Position numbers and translations under genes: made by a program. This document shows positions 15,001 to 30,000 of a stretch of 64,000 bases of DNA, piece by piece. The first letter of the stretch is position 1. Every line of letters starts with the position of its first letter. The notes beneath the pieces were generated by a model. The model ran no database searches. It saw only the letters and a program-made list of their open reading frames with translations, and was not told the origin of the DNA. This stretch comes from Eledone cirrhosa (lineage: Eukaryota), in NCBI GenBank assembly GCA_964016885.1, contig OZ024740.1, forward strand, positions 430,962,001 to 431,026,000. Direction: 5' to 3'.

Positions 15001-18000
15001 CAGATGATATAATGTTACTTAACTTAGCAGATGATATAGTGTTACTTAACTCAGCAGATGATATAGTGTTACTTAACTTAGCAGATGATATAGTTGTACT
15101 TAACTGAGCAGATGATATAATGTTACTTAACTTAGCAGATGATATAGTGTTACTTAACTTAGCAGATGATATAGTGTTACTTAACTGAGCAGAAGATATA
15201 ATGTTACTTAACTTAGCAGATGATATAGTGTACTTAACTTAGCAGATGATATATGTTACTTAACTCAGCAGATGATATATTGTTACTTAACTTAGCAGAT
15301 GATATAGTGTTACTTAACTTAGCAGATGATATAGTGTTACTTAACTGAGCAGATGTTATAGTGTTACTTAACTTAGCAGATGATATAGTGTTACTTAACT
15401 GAGGAGATGATATAGTGTTACTTAACTTAGCAGATGATATAGTGTTACTTAAACCTAGCAGATGATATATGTTACTTAACTCTGCAGATGATATATTGTT
15501 ACTTAACTGAGGAGATGATATAGTGTTACTTAACTGAGCAGATGATATAGTGTTACTTAACTGAGCAGATGATATAGTGTTACTTAACTTGGCAGATGAT
15601 ATGGTGTTACTTAACTTAGCAGATGATATAATGTTACTTAACTCAGCAGAAGATATGGTGTTACTTAACTCAGCAGATGATATAATGTTACTTAACTGAG
15701 CAGATGATATAATGTTACTTAACTTAGCAGATGATATAGTGTTACTTAACTTAGCAGATGATATAGTGTTACTTAATTTAGCAGATGATATAGTGTTACT
15801 TAACCAGCAGATGATATAGTGTTACTTAACTTAGCAGATGATATAGTGTTACTTCACTGAGCAGATAATATAGTGTTACTTAACTTAGCAGAAAATATAA
15901 TGTTACTTAACTTAGCAGATGATATAGTGTTACTTAACTTAGCAGATGATATAGTGTTACTTAACTCAGCAGATGGTATAGTGTTACTTATCTTAGCAGA
16001 TGATATAGTGTTACTTAACTTAGTAGATGATATAATGTTACTTAACTGAGCAGATGATATAATGTTACTTAACTTAGCAGATGATATAGTGTTACTTAAT
16101 TAAGTAGATGATATAGTGTTACTTAACCAGCAGATGATATAGTGTTACTTAACTTAGCAGATAATATAGTGTTACTAAACTGAGCAGATAATATAGTGTT
16201 ACTTTACTTAGCAGAAGATATAATGTTACTTAACTTAGCAGATGATATAGTGTTACTTAACTTAGCAGATAATATAGTGTTACTTAACCAGCAGATGATA
16301 TAGTGTTACTTAACTTAGCAGATGATATAATGTTACTTAACTTAGCAGATGATATAGTGTTACTTAACTCAGCAGATGATATAGTGTTACTTAACTTAGC
16401 AGATGATATAGTGTTACTTAACTTAGCAGATGATATAGTGTTACTTAACTTAGCAGATGATATGGTGTTACTTAACTTAGCAGATCATATAGTGTTACTT
16501 AACTTAGCAGATGATATAGTGTTACTTAATCAGCAGATGATATAGTGTCACTTAACTTAGCAGATGATATAATGTTACTTAACTTAGCAGATGATATAGT
16601 GTTACTTAACTCAGCAGATGATATAGTGTTACTTAACTTAGCTGATGATATAGTGTTACTTAACTTAGAAGATCATATAGTGTTACTTAACTTAGCAGAA
16701 GATATAATATTATTTAACTTAGCAGATGATATAGTGTTACTTAACTTAGCAGAAGATATAATGTTACTTAACTTAGCAGATGATATAGTGTTACTTAACT
16801 TAGCAGATGATATAGTGTTACTTAACTTAGCAGATGATATAGTGTTACTTAACTCAGCAGATGGTAGAGTGTTACTTAACTTAGCAGATGATATAGTGTT
16901 ACTTAACTTAGCAGATGATATAGTGTTACTTAATCAGCAGATGATATAGTGTTACTTAACTTAGCAGATGACATAGTATTACTTAACCAGCAGATGATAT
17001 AGTGTTACTTAACTCAGCAGATGGTAGAGTGTTACTTAACTTAGCAGATGATATAGTGTTACTTAACTTAGCAGATGATATAATGTTACTTAACTCAGCT
17101 GATGATATAGTGTTACTTAACTGAGCAGATGATATAGTGTTACTTAACTTAGCAGATGATATAGTGTTACTTAACTCAGCAGATGATATAGTGTTACTTA
17201 ACTTAGCAGATGATATAGTGTTACTTAACTTAGCAGATGATATAGTGTTACTTAACCAGCAGATAATATAGTGTTACTTAACTGAGCAGATGATATAGTG
17301 TTACTTAACTTAGCAGATAATATAGTGTTACTTAACTTAGCAGATGATATAGTGTGACTTAACTTAGCAGAAGAAATAATGTTACTTAGCTTAGCAGATG
17401 ATATAATGTTACTTAACTCAGCAGATGATATACTGTTACTTAACTTAGCAGATGATATAGTCTTACTTAACCAGCAGATAATATAGTGTTACTTAACTGA
17501 GCAGATGATATAGTGTTACTTAACTGAGCAGATGATATAGTGTTACTTAACTGAGCAGATGATATAATGTTACTTAACTTAGCAGATGATATAGTCTTAC
17601 TTAACCAGCAGATGATGTAATGTTACATAACTGAGCAGATGATATAGTCTTATTTAACCAGCAGATAATATAGTGTTACTTAACTGAGCAGGTGATATAG
17701 TGTTACTTAACTGAGCAGATGATATAGTGTTACTTAACTGAGCAGATGATATAGTGTTACTTAACTTAGCAGAAGAAATAATGTTACTTAACATAGCAGA
17801 TGATATAATGTTACTTAACTCAGCAGATGATATACTGTTACTTAACTTAGCAGATGATATAGTCTTACTTAACCAGCAGATAATATAGTGTTACTTAACT
17901 GAGCAGATGATATAGTGTTACTTAACTGAGCAGATGATATAGTGTTACTTAACTGAGCAGATGATATAATGTTACTTAACTTAGCAGATGATATAGTCTT

Positions 18001-21000
18001 ACTTAACCAGCAGATGATATAATGTTACTTAACTGAGCAGATGATATAGTCTTACTTAACCAGCAGATAATATAGTGTTACTTAACTGAGCAGGTGATAT
18101 AGTGTTACCTAACTGAGCAGATGATATAGTGTTACTTAACTTGGCAGCTAATATGGTGTTACTTAACTTAGCAGATGATATAATTTTTCTTAACTCAGCA
18201 GAAGATATGGTGTTACTTAACTTAGCAGATGATATAGTGTACTTAACTTAGCAGATGATATATGTTACTTAACTCAGCAGATGATATATTGTTACTTAAC
18301 TTAGCAGATGATATAGTGTTACTTAACTTAGCAGATGATATAGTGTTACTTAACTGAGCAGATGTTATAGTGTTACTTAACTTAGCAGATGATTAGTGTT
18401 GCTTAACTGAGGAGATGATATAGTGTTACTCAACTTAGCAGATGATATAGTGTTACTTAAACTTAGCAGATGATATATGTTACTTAACTCAGCAGATGAT
18501 ATATTGTTACTTAACTGAGGAGATGATATAGTGTTACTTAACTGAGCAGATGATATAGTGTTACTTAACTGAGCAGATGATATAGTGTTACTTAACTTGG
18601 CAGATGATATGGTGTTACTTAACTTAGCAGATGATATAATGTTACTTAACTCAGCAGAAGATATGGTGTTACTTAACTCAGCAGATGATATAATGTTACT
18701 TAACTGAGCAGATGATATAATGTTACTTAACTTAGCAGATGATATAGTGTTACTTAACTGAGCAGATAATATAGTGTTACTTAACTTAGCAGAAAATATA
18801 ATGTTACTTAACTTAGCAGATGATATAGTGTTACTTAACTTAGCAGATGATATACTGTTACTTAACTGAGCAGATGATATAGTGTTACTTAACTGAGCAG
18901 ATGATATAATGTTACTTAACTGAGCAGATGATATAATGTTACTTAACTTAGCAGAGGATATAGTGTTACTTAACTTAGCAGAAGATATAATGTTACTTAA
19001 CTTAGCAGATGATATAGTGTTACTTAACTTAGCAGATGATATACTGTTACTTAACTGAGCAGATGATATAGTGTTACTTAACTGAGCAGATGATTTAATG
19101 TTACTTAACTGAGCAGATGATATAGTGTTACTTAACTGAGCAGATGATATAATGTTACTTAACTGAGCAGATGATATAGTGTTACTTAGCTTAGCAGATG
19201 ATATACTGTTACTTAACTTAGCAGATGATATAATGTTACTTAACTGAGCAGATGATATAGTGTTACTTAACTTAGCAGATGATATAGAGTTACTTAACTG
19301 AGCAGATGATATAATGTTACTTAACTTAGCAGATGATATAGTGTTACTTAACTTAGCAGATGATATAGTGTTACTTAACTGAGCAGATGTTATAGTGTTA
19401 CTTAACTGAGCAGATGATATAATGTTACTTAACTTAGCAGATGATATGGTGTTACTTAACTTAGCAGATGATATAATGTTACTTAACTTAGCAGATGATA
19501 TAGTGTTACTTAACTCAGCAGATGATATAGTGTTACTTAACTTAGCAGATGATATAGTTGTACTTAACTGAGCAGATGATATAATGTTACTTAACTTAGC
19601 AGATGATATAGTGTTACTTAACTTAGCAGATGATATAGTGTTACTTAACTGAGCAGAAGATATAATGTTACTTAACTTAGCAGATGATATATTGTACTTA
19701 ACTTAGCAGATGATATATGTTACTTAACTCAGCAGATGATATATTGTTACTTAACTTAGCAGATGATATAGTGTTACTTAACTTAGCAGATGATATAGTG
19801 TTACTTAACTGAGCAGATGTTATAGTGTTACTTAACTTAGCAGATGATATAGTGTTACTTAACTGAGGAGATGATATAGTGTTACTTAACTTAGCAGATG
19901 ATATAGTGTTACTTAAACCTAGCAGATGATATATGTTACTTAACTCTGCAGATGATATATTGTTACTTAACTGAGGAGATGATATAGTGTTACTTAACTG
20001 AGCAGATGATATAGTGTTACTTAACTGAGCAGATGATATAGTGTTACTTAACTTGGCAGATGATATGGTGTTACTTAACTTAGCAGATGATATAATGTTA
20101 CTTAACTCAGCAGAAGATATGGTGTTACTTAACTCAGCAGATGATATAATGTTACTTAACTGAGCAGATGATATAATGTTACTTAACTTAGCAGATGATA
20201 TAGTGTTACTTAACTTAGCAGATGATATAGTGTTACTTAATTTAGCAGATGATATAGTGTTACTTAACCAGCAGATGATATAGTGTTACTTAACTTAGCA
20301 GATGATATAGTGTTACTTCACTGAGCAGATAATATAGTGTTACTTAACTTAGCAGAAAATATAATGTTACTTAACTTAGCAGATGATATAGTGTTACTTA
20401 ACTTAGCAGATGATATAGTGTTACTTAACTCAGCAGATGGTATAGTGTTACTTATCTTAGCAGATGATATAGTGTTACTTAACTTAGTAGATGATATAAT
20501 GTTACTTAACTGAGCAGATGATATAATGTTACTTAACTTAGCAGATGATATAGTGTTACTTAATTAAGTAGATGATATAGTGTTACTTAACCAGCAGATG
20601 ATATAGTGTTACTTAACTTAGCAGATAATATAGTGTTACTAAACTGAGCAGATAATATAGTGTTACTTTACTTAGCAGAAGATATAATGTTACTTAACTT
20701 AGCAGATGATATAGTGTTACTTAACTTAGCAGATAATATAGTGTTACTTAACCAGCAGATGATATAGTGTTACTTAACTTAGCAGATGATATAATGTTAC
20801 TTAACTTAGCAGATGATATAGTGTTTCTTAACTCAGCAGATGATATAGTGTTACTTACCTTAGCAGATGATATAGTGTTACTTAACTTAGCAGATGATAT
20901 AGTGTTACTTAACTTAGCAGATGATATGGTGTTACTTAACTTAGCAGATGATATAGTGTTACTTAACTTAGCAGATGATATAGTGTTACTTAATCAGCAG

Positions 21001-24000
21001 ATGATATAGTGTCACTTAACTTAGCAGATGATATAATGTTACTTAACTTAGCAGATGATATAGTGTTACTTAACTCAGCAGATGATATAGTGTTACTTAA
21101 CTTAGCTGATGATATAGTGTTACTTAACTTAGAAGATCATATAGTGTTACTTAACTTAGCAGAAGATATAATATTATTTAACTTAGCAGATGATATAGTG
21201 TTACTTAACTTAGCAGAAGATATAATGTTACTTAACTTAGCAGATGATATAGTGTTACTTAACTTAGCAGATGATATAGTGTTACTTAACTTAGCAGATG
21301 ATATAGTGTTACTTAACTCAGCAGATGGTAGAGTGTTACTTAACTTAGCAGATGATATAGTGTTACTTAACTTAGCAGATGATATAGTGTTACTTAATCA
21401 GCAGATGATATAGTGTTACTTAACTTAGCAGATGACATAGTATTACTTAACCAGCAGATGATATAGTGTTACTTAACTCAGCAGATGGTAGAGTGTTACT
21501 TAACTTAGCAGATGATATAGTGTTACTTAACTTAGCAGATGATATAATGTTACTTAACTCAGCTGATGATATAGTGTTACTTAACTGAGCAGATGATATA
21601 GTGTTACTTAACTTAGCAGATGATATAGTGTTACTTAACTCAGCAGATGATATAGTGTTACTTAACTTAGCAGATGATATAGTGTTACTTAACTTAGCAG
21701 ATGATATAGTGTTACTTAACCAGCAGATAATATAGTGTTACTTAACTGAGCAGATGATATAGTGTTACTTAACTTAGCAGATAATATAGTGTTACTTAAC
21801 TTAGCAGATGATATAGTGTGACTTAACTTAGCAGAAGAAATAATGTTACTTAGCTTAGCAGATGATATAATGTTACTTAACTCAGCAGATGATATACTGT
21901 TACTTAACTTAGCAGATGATATAGTCTTACTTAACCAGCAGATAATATAGTGTTACTTAACTGAGCAGATGATATAGTGTTACTTAACTGAGCAGATGAT
22001 ATAGTGTTACTTAACTGAGCAGATGATATAATGTTACTTAACTTAGCAGATGATATAGTCTTACTTAACCAGCAGATGATGTAATGTTACTTAACTGAGC
22101 AGATGATATAGTCTTATTTAACCAGCAGATAATATAGTGTTACTTAACTGAGCAGGTGATATAGTGTTACTTAACTGAGCAGATGATATAGTGTTACTTA
22201 ACTGAGCAGATGATATAGTGTTACTTAACTTAGCAGAAGAAATAATGTTACTTAACAAAGCAGATGATATAATGTTACTTAACTCAGCAGATGATATACT
22301 GTTACTTAACTTAGCAGATGATATAGTCTTACTTAACCAGCAGATAAAATAGTGTTACTTAACTGAGCAGATGATATAGTGTTACTTAACTGAGCAGATG
22401 ATATAGTGTTACTTAACTAAGCAGATGATATAATGTTACTTAACTTAGCAGATGATATAGTCTTACTTAACCAGCAGATGATATAATGTTACTTAACTGA
22501 GCAGATGATATAGTCTTACTTAACCAGCAGATAATATAGTGTTACTTAACTGAGCAGGTGATATAGTGTTACCTAACTGAGCAGATGATATAGTGTTACT
22601 TAACTTGGCAGCTAATATGGTATTACTTAACTTAGCAGATGATATAATTTTTCTTAACTCAGCAGAAGATATGGTGTTACTTAACTTAGCAGATGATATA
22701 GTGTACTTAACTTAGCAGATGATATATGTTACTTAACTCAGCAGATGATATATTGTTACTTAACTTAGCAGATGATATAGTGTTACTTAACTTAGCAGAT
22801 GATATAGTGTTACTTAACTGAGCAGATGTTATAGTGTTACTTAACTTAGCAGATGATTAGTGTTACTTAACTGAGGAGATGATATAGTGTTACTCAACTT
22901 AGCAGATGATATAGTGTTACTTAAACTTAGCAGATGATATATGTTACTTAACTCAGCAGATGATATATTGTTACTTAACTGAGGAGATGATATAGTGTTA
23001 CTTAACTGAGCAGATGATATAGTGTTACTTAACTGAGCAGATGATATAGTGTTACTTAACTTGGCAGATGATATGGTGTTACTTAACTTAGCAGATGATA
23101 TAATGTTACTTAACTCAGCAGAAGATATGGTGTTACTTAACTCAGCAGATGATATAATGTTACTTAACTGAGCAGATGATATAATGTTACTTAACTTAGC
23201 GGATAATATAGTGTTACTTAACTTAGCAGATGATATAATGTTACTTAACTGAGCAGATGATATATGTTACTTAACTTAGCAGATGGTATAGTGTTACTTA
23301 ACTTAGCAGATGATATAGTGTTACTTAATTTAGCAGATGATATTGTGTTACTTAACCAGCAGATGATATAGTGTTACTTAACTTAGCAGATGATATAGTG
23401 TTACTTAACTGAGCAGATAATATAGTGTTACTTAACTTAGCAGAAGATATAAAGTTACTTAACTTAGCATATGATATAGTGTTACTTAACTTAGAAGACG
23501 ATATAGTGTTATTTAACTTAGCAGATGATATAGTGTTACTTAACTTAGCAGATGATATAGTGTTACTTAACTGAGCAGATGATATAGTGTTACTTAACTT
23601 AGCAGATGATATAGTGTTACTTAACTCAGCAGATGGTATAGTGTTACTTAACTGGGCAGATGATATAATGTTACTTAACTTAGCAGATGATATAATGTTT
23701 CTTAACTGAGCAGATAATATAATGTTACTTAACTTAGCAGATGATATTGTGTTACTTAATTTAGTAGATGATATAGTGTTACTTAACCAGCAGATGATAT
23801 AGTGTTACTTAACTTAGCAGATAATATAGTGTTACTTAACTTAGCAGAAGATATAATGTTACTTAACTTAACAGATGATATAGTGTTACTTAACTTTGCA
23901 GATGATATAGTGTTACTTAACCAGCAGATGATATAGTGTTACTTAACTTAGCAGATGATATAATGTTACTTAACTTAGCAGATGATCTAGTGTTACTTAA

Positions 24001-27000
24001 CTCAGCAGATGATATAGTGTTACTTAACTTAGCAGATGATATAGTGTTACTTAACTTAGCAGATGATATAGTGTTACTTAACTTAGCAGATGATATGGTG
24101 TTACTTAACTTAGCAGATGATATAGTGTTACTTAACTTAGCAGATGATATAATGTTACTTAACTCAGCAGATGATATAGTGTTACGTAACTGAGCAGATG
24201 ATATAGTGTTACTTAACTTAGCAGATGATATAGTGTTACTTAACTCAGCAGATGATATAGTGTTACTTAACTTAGCAGATGATATAGTGTTACTTAACTT
24301 AGCAGATGATATAGTCTTACTTAACCAGCAGATAATATAGTGTTACTTAACTGAGCAGCTGATATAGTGTTACTTAACTGAGCAGATGATATAGTGTTAC
24401 TTAACTGAGCAGATGATATAGTGTTACTTAACTTAGCAGATGATATAGTGTTACTTAACTTAGCAGATGATATAGTGTTACTTAACTTAGCAGAAGATAT
24501 AACGTTACTTAACTTAGCAGATGATATAGTGTACTTAACTTAGCAGATGATATATGTTACTTAACTCAGCAGATGATATATTGTTACTTAACTTAGCAGA
24601 AGATATAGTGTTACTTAACTTAGCAGATGATATAGTGTTACTTAACTGAGCAGATGTTATAGTGTTACTTAACTTAGCAGATGATATAGTGTTACTTAAC
24701 TGAGGAGATGATATAGTGTTACTTAACTTAGCAGATGATATAGTGTTACTAAAACTTAGCAGATGATATATGTTACTTAACTCAGCAGATGATATATTGT
24801 TACTTAACTTAGCAGATGATATAGTGTTACTTAACTTAGCAGATGGTATAGTGTTACTTAACTTAGCAGATGATATAGTCTTACTTAACCAGCAGATAAT
24901 ATAGTGTTACTTAACTGAGGAGATGATATAGTGTTACTTAACTAAGCAGATGATATAGTGTTACTTAACTGAGAAAATGATATAATGTTACTTAACTGAG
25001 CAGATGATATAATGTTACTTAACTTAGCAGATGATATAGTGTTACTTAACTTAGCAGATGATATAGTGTTACTTAACTCAGCAGATGGTATAGTGTTACT
25101 TAACTTAGCAGATGATATAATGTTACTTAACTTAGCAGATGATATAATGTTACTTAACTGAGCAGATGATATAATGTTACTTAACTTAGCAGATGATATA
25201 GTGTTACTTAATTTAGTAGATGATATAGTGTTACTTAACCAGCAGATGATATAGTGTTACTTAACTTAGCAGATAATATAGTGTTACTTAACTGAGCAGA
25301 TAATATAGTGTTACTTAACTTAGCAGAAGATATAATGTTACTTAACTTAGCAGATGATATAGTGTTACTTAACTTAGCAGATGACATAGTATTACTTAAC
25401 CAGCAGATGATATAGTGTTACTTAACTTAGCAGATGATATAATGTTACTTAACTTAGCAGATGATCTAGTGTTACTTAACTCAGCAGATGATATAGTGTT
25501 ACTTAACATAGCAGATGATATAGTGTTACTTAACTTAGCAGATGATATAGTGTTACTTAACTTAGCAGATGATATAGTGTTACTTAACTTAGCAGATGAT
25601 ATGGTGTTACTTAACTTAGCAGATGATATAGTGTTACTTAACTTAGCAGATGATATAGTGTTACTTAATCAGCAGATGATATAGTGTTACTTAACTTAGC
25701 AGATGACATAGTATTACTTAACCAGCAGATGATATAGTGTTACTTAACTCAGCAGATGGTAGAGTGTTACTTAACTTAGCAGATGATATAGTGTTACTTA
25801 ACGTAGCAGATGATATAATGTTACTTAACTCAGCTGATGATATAGTGTTACTTAACTGAGCAGATGATATAGTGTTACTTAACTTAGCAGATGATATAGT
25901 GTTACTTAACTCAGCAGATGATATAGTGTTACTTAACTTAGCAGATGATATAGTGTTACTTAACTTAGCAGATGATATAGTGTTACTTAACCAGCAGATA
26001 ATATAGTGTTACTTAACTGAGCAGATGATATAGTGTTACTTAACTTAGCAGATAATATAGTGTTACTTAACTTAGCAGATGATATAGTGTGACTTAACTT
26101 AGCAGAAGAAATAATGTTACTTAGCTTAGCAGATGATATAATGTTACTTAACTCAGCAGATGATATACTGTTACTTAACTTAGCAGATGATATAGTCTTA
26201 CTTAACCAGCAGATAATATAGTATTACTTAACTGAGCAGATGATATAGTGTTACTTAACTGAGCAGATGATATAGTGTTACTTAACTGAGCAGATGATAT
26301 AATGTTACTTAACTTAGCAGATGATATAGTCTTACTTAACCAGCAGATGATGTAATGTTACTTAACTGAGCAGATGATATAGTCTTATTTAACCTGCAGA
26401 TAATATAGTGTTACTTAACTGAGCAGGTGATATAGTGTTACTTAACTGAGCAGATGATATAGTGTTACTTAACTGAGCAGATGATATAGTGTTACTTAAC
26501 TTAGCAGAAGAAATAATGTTACTTAACATAGCAGATGATATAATGTTACTTAACTCAGCAGATGATATACTGTTACTTAACTTAGCAGATGATATAGTCT
26601 TACTTAACCAGCAGATAATATAGTGTTACTTAACTGAGCAGATGATATAGTGTTACTTAACTGAGCAGATGATATAGTGTTACTTAACTGAGCAGATGAT
26701 ATAATGTTACTTAACTTAACAGATGATATAGTCTTACTTAACCAGCAGATGATATAATGTTACTTAACTGAGCAGATGAGATAGTCTTACTTAACCAGCA
26801 GATAATATAGTGTTACTTAACTGAGCAGGTGATATAGTGTTACCTAACTGAGCAGATGATATAGTGTTACTTAACTTGGCAGCTAATATGGTGTTACTTA
26901 ACTTAGCAGATGATATAATTTTTCTTAACTCAGCAGAAGATATGGTGTTACTTATCTCAGCAGATGATATAATGTTACTTAACTGAGCAGATGATATAAT

Positions 27001-30000
27001 GTTACTTAACTTAGCGGATAATATAGTGTTACTTAACTTAGCAGATGATATAATGTTACTTAACGGAGCAGATGATATATGTTACTTAACTTAGCAGATG
27101 GTATAGTGTTACTTAACTTAGCAGATGATATAGTGTTACTTAATTTAGCAGATGATATAGTGTTACTTAACCAGCAGATGATATAGTGTTACTTAACTTA
27201 GCAGATGATATAGTGTTACTTAACTGAGCAGATAATATAGTGTTACTTAACTTAGCAGAAGATATAAAGTTACTTAACTTAGCATATGATATAGTGTTAC
27301 TTAACTTAGAAGACGATATAGTGTTATTTAACTTAGCAGATGATATAGTGTTACTTAACTTAGCAGATGATATAGTGTTACTTAACTGAGCAGATGATAT
27401 AGTGTTACTTAACTTAGCAGATGATATAGTGTTACTTAACTCAGCAGATGGTATAGTGTTACTTAACTGGGCAGATGATATAATGTTACTTAACTTAGCA
27501 GATGATATAATGTTTCTTAACTGAGCAGATAATATAATGTTACTTAACTTAGCAGATGATATTGTGTTACTTAATTTAGTAGATGATATAGTGTTACTTA
27601 ACCAGCAGATGATATAGTGTTACTTAACTTAGCAGATAATATAGTGTTACTTAACTTAGCAGAAGATATAATGTTACTTAACTTAACAGATGATATAGTG
27701 TTACTTAACTTTGCAGATGATATAGTGTTACTTAACCAGCAGATGATATAGTGTTACTTAACTTAGCAGATGATATAATGTTACTTAACTTAGCAGATGA
27801 TCTAGTGTTACTTAACTCAGCAGATGATATAGTGTTACTTAACTTAGCAGATGATATAGTGTTACTTAACTTAGCAGATGATATAGTGTTACTTAACTTA
27901 GCAGATGATATGGTGTTACTTAACTTAGCAGATGATATAGTGTTACTTAACTTAGCAGATGATATAGTGTTACTTAACTTAGAAGATCATATAGTGTTAC
28001 TTAACTTAGCAGAAGATATAATATTATTTAACTTAGTAGATGATATAGTGTTACTTAACTTAGCAGAAGATATAATTTTACTTAACTTAGCAGATGATAT
28101 AGTGTTATTTAACTTAGCAGATGATATAGTGTTACTTAACTTAGCAGATGATATAGTGTTACTTAACTCAGCAGACGGTAGAGTGTTACTTAACTTAGCA
28201 GATGATATAGTGTTACTTAAATTAGCAGATGATATAATGTTACTTAACTCAGCAGATGATATAGTGTTACTTAACTGAGCAGATGATATAGTGTTACTTA
28301 ACTTAGCAGATGATATAGTGTTACTTAACTCAGCAGATGATATAGTGTTACTTAACTTAGCAGATGATATAGTGTTACTTAATTTAGCAGATGATATAGT
28401 CTTACTTAACCAGCAGATAATATAGTGTTACTTAACTGAGCAGATGATATAGTGTTACTTAACTGAGCAGATGATATAGTGTTACTGAACTGAGCAGATG
28501 ATATAGTGTTACTTAACTTAGCAGATAGTATAGTGTTACTTAACTTAGCAGATGATATAGTGTTACTTAACTTAGCAGAAGAAATAATGTTACTTAGCTT
28601 AGCAGATGATATAATGTTACTTAACTTAGCAGATGATATAGTGTTACTTAACTTAGCAGATGATATAGTGTTACTTAACTTAGCAGATGATATAGTGTTA
28701 CGTAACTTAGCAGATGATATAGTGTTACTTAACTGAGCAGATAATATAGTGTTACTTAACTTAGCAGAAGATATAATGTTACTAAACTCAGCAGATGATA
28801 TAGTGTTATTTAACTTAGCAGATGATATAGTGTTACTTAACTTAGCAGAAGATATAATGTTACTTAACTTAGCAGATGATATAGTGTTACTTAACTTAGC
28901 AGAAGATATAATGTTACTTAACTCAGCAGATGATATAGTGTTACTTAACTCAGCAGATGGTATAGTGTTACTTAACTTAGCAGATGATATAGTGTTAGTT
29001 AACTGAGCAGATGATATAGTATTATTTAACTTAGCAGATGATATAGTGTTACTTAACTTAGCAGATGATATAGTGTTACTTAACGGAGCAGATGATATAG
29101 TGTTACTTAAGTTAGCAGAAGATATAACGTTACTTAACTCAGCAGATGATATAGTTTTACTTAACTCAGCAGATGGTATAGTGTTACTTAACTTAGCAGA
29201 TGATATAGTGTTACTTAACTGAGCAGATGATATAGTGTTATTTAACTTGGCAGATTATATAGTGTTACTTAACTTAGCAGATGATATAGTGTTACTTAAC
29301 TTAGCAGATGATATAGTGTTATTTAACTGAGCAGATGATATATTGCTACTTAACTCAGCAGATGATATACTGTTACTTAACTTAGCCGATGATATACTGT
29401 TACTTAACTCAGCAGAAGATATGGTGTTACTTAACTTAGCAGATGATATAGTGTTACTTAACTTACCAGATGATATAGTGTTACTTAACTGAGCAGATGA
29501 TATAATGTTAATTAACTCAGCATATGATATAGTGTTCCTTAACTCAGCAGAAGACATGGTGTTACTTAACTAAGATGATATAATGTTACTTAACTCAGAG
29601 GAAGATATGGTGTTACTTAACTTAGATGATATGGTGTTACTTAACTTGGCAGATGATATAGTGTTGCTTAACTTAGCAGAAGATATAGTGTTACTTAACT
29701 TATCAGATGATACAGTGTTACTTAACTTAGCAGATGATATAGTGTTACTTAACTCAGCAGATGGTATAGTGTTACTTAACTTAGCAGATGATATAATGTT
29801 ACTTAACTTAGCAGATGATATAATGTTACTTAACTCAGCAGATGATATAGTGTTACTTAACTGAGCAGATGATATAGTGTTACTTAACTTAGCAGATGAT
29901 ATAGTGTTACTTAACTCAGCAGATGATATAGTGTTACTTAACTTAGCAGATGATATAGTGTTACTTAACTTAGCAGATGATATAGTCTTACTTAACCAGC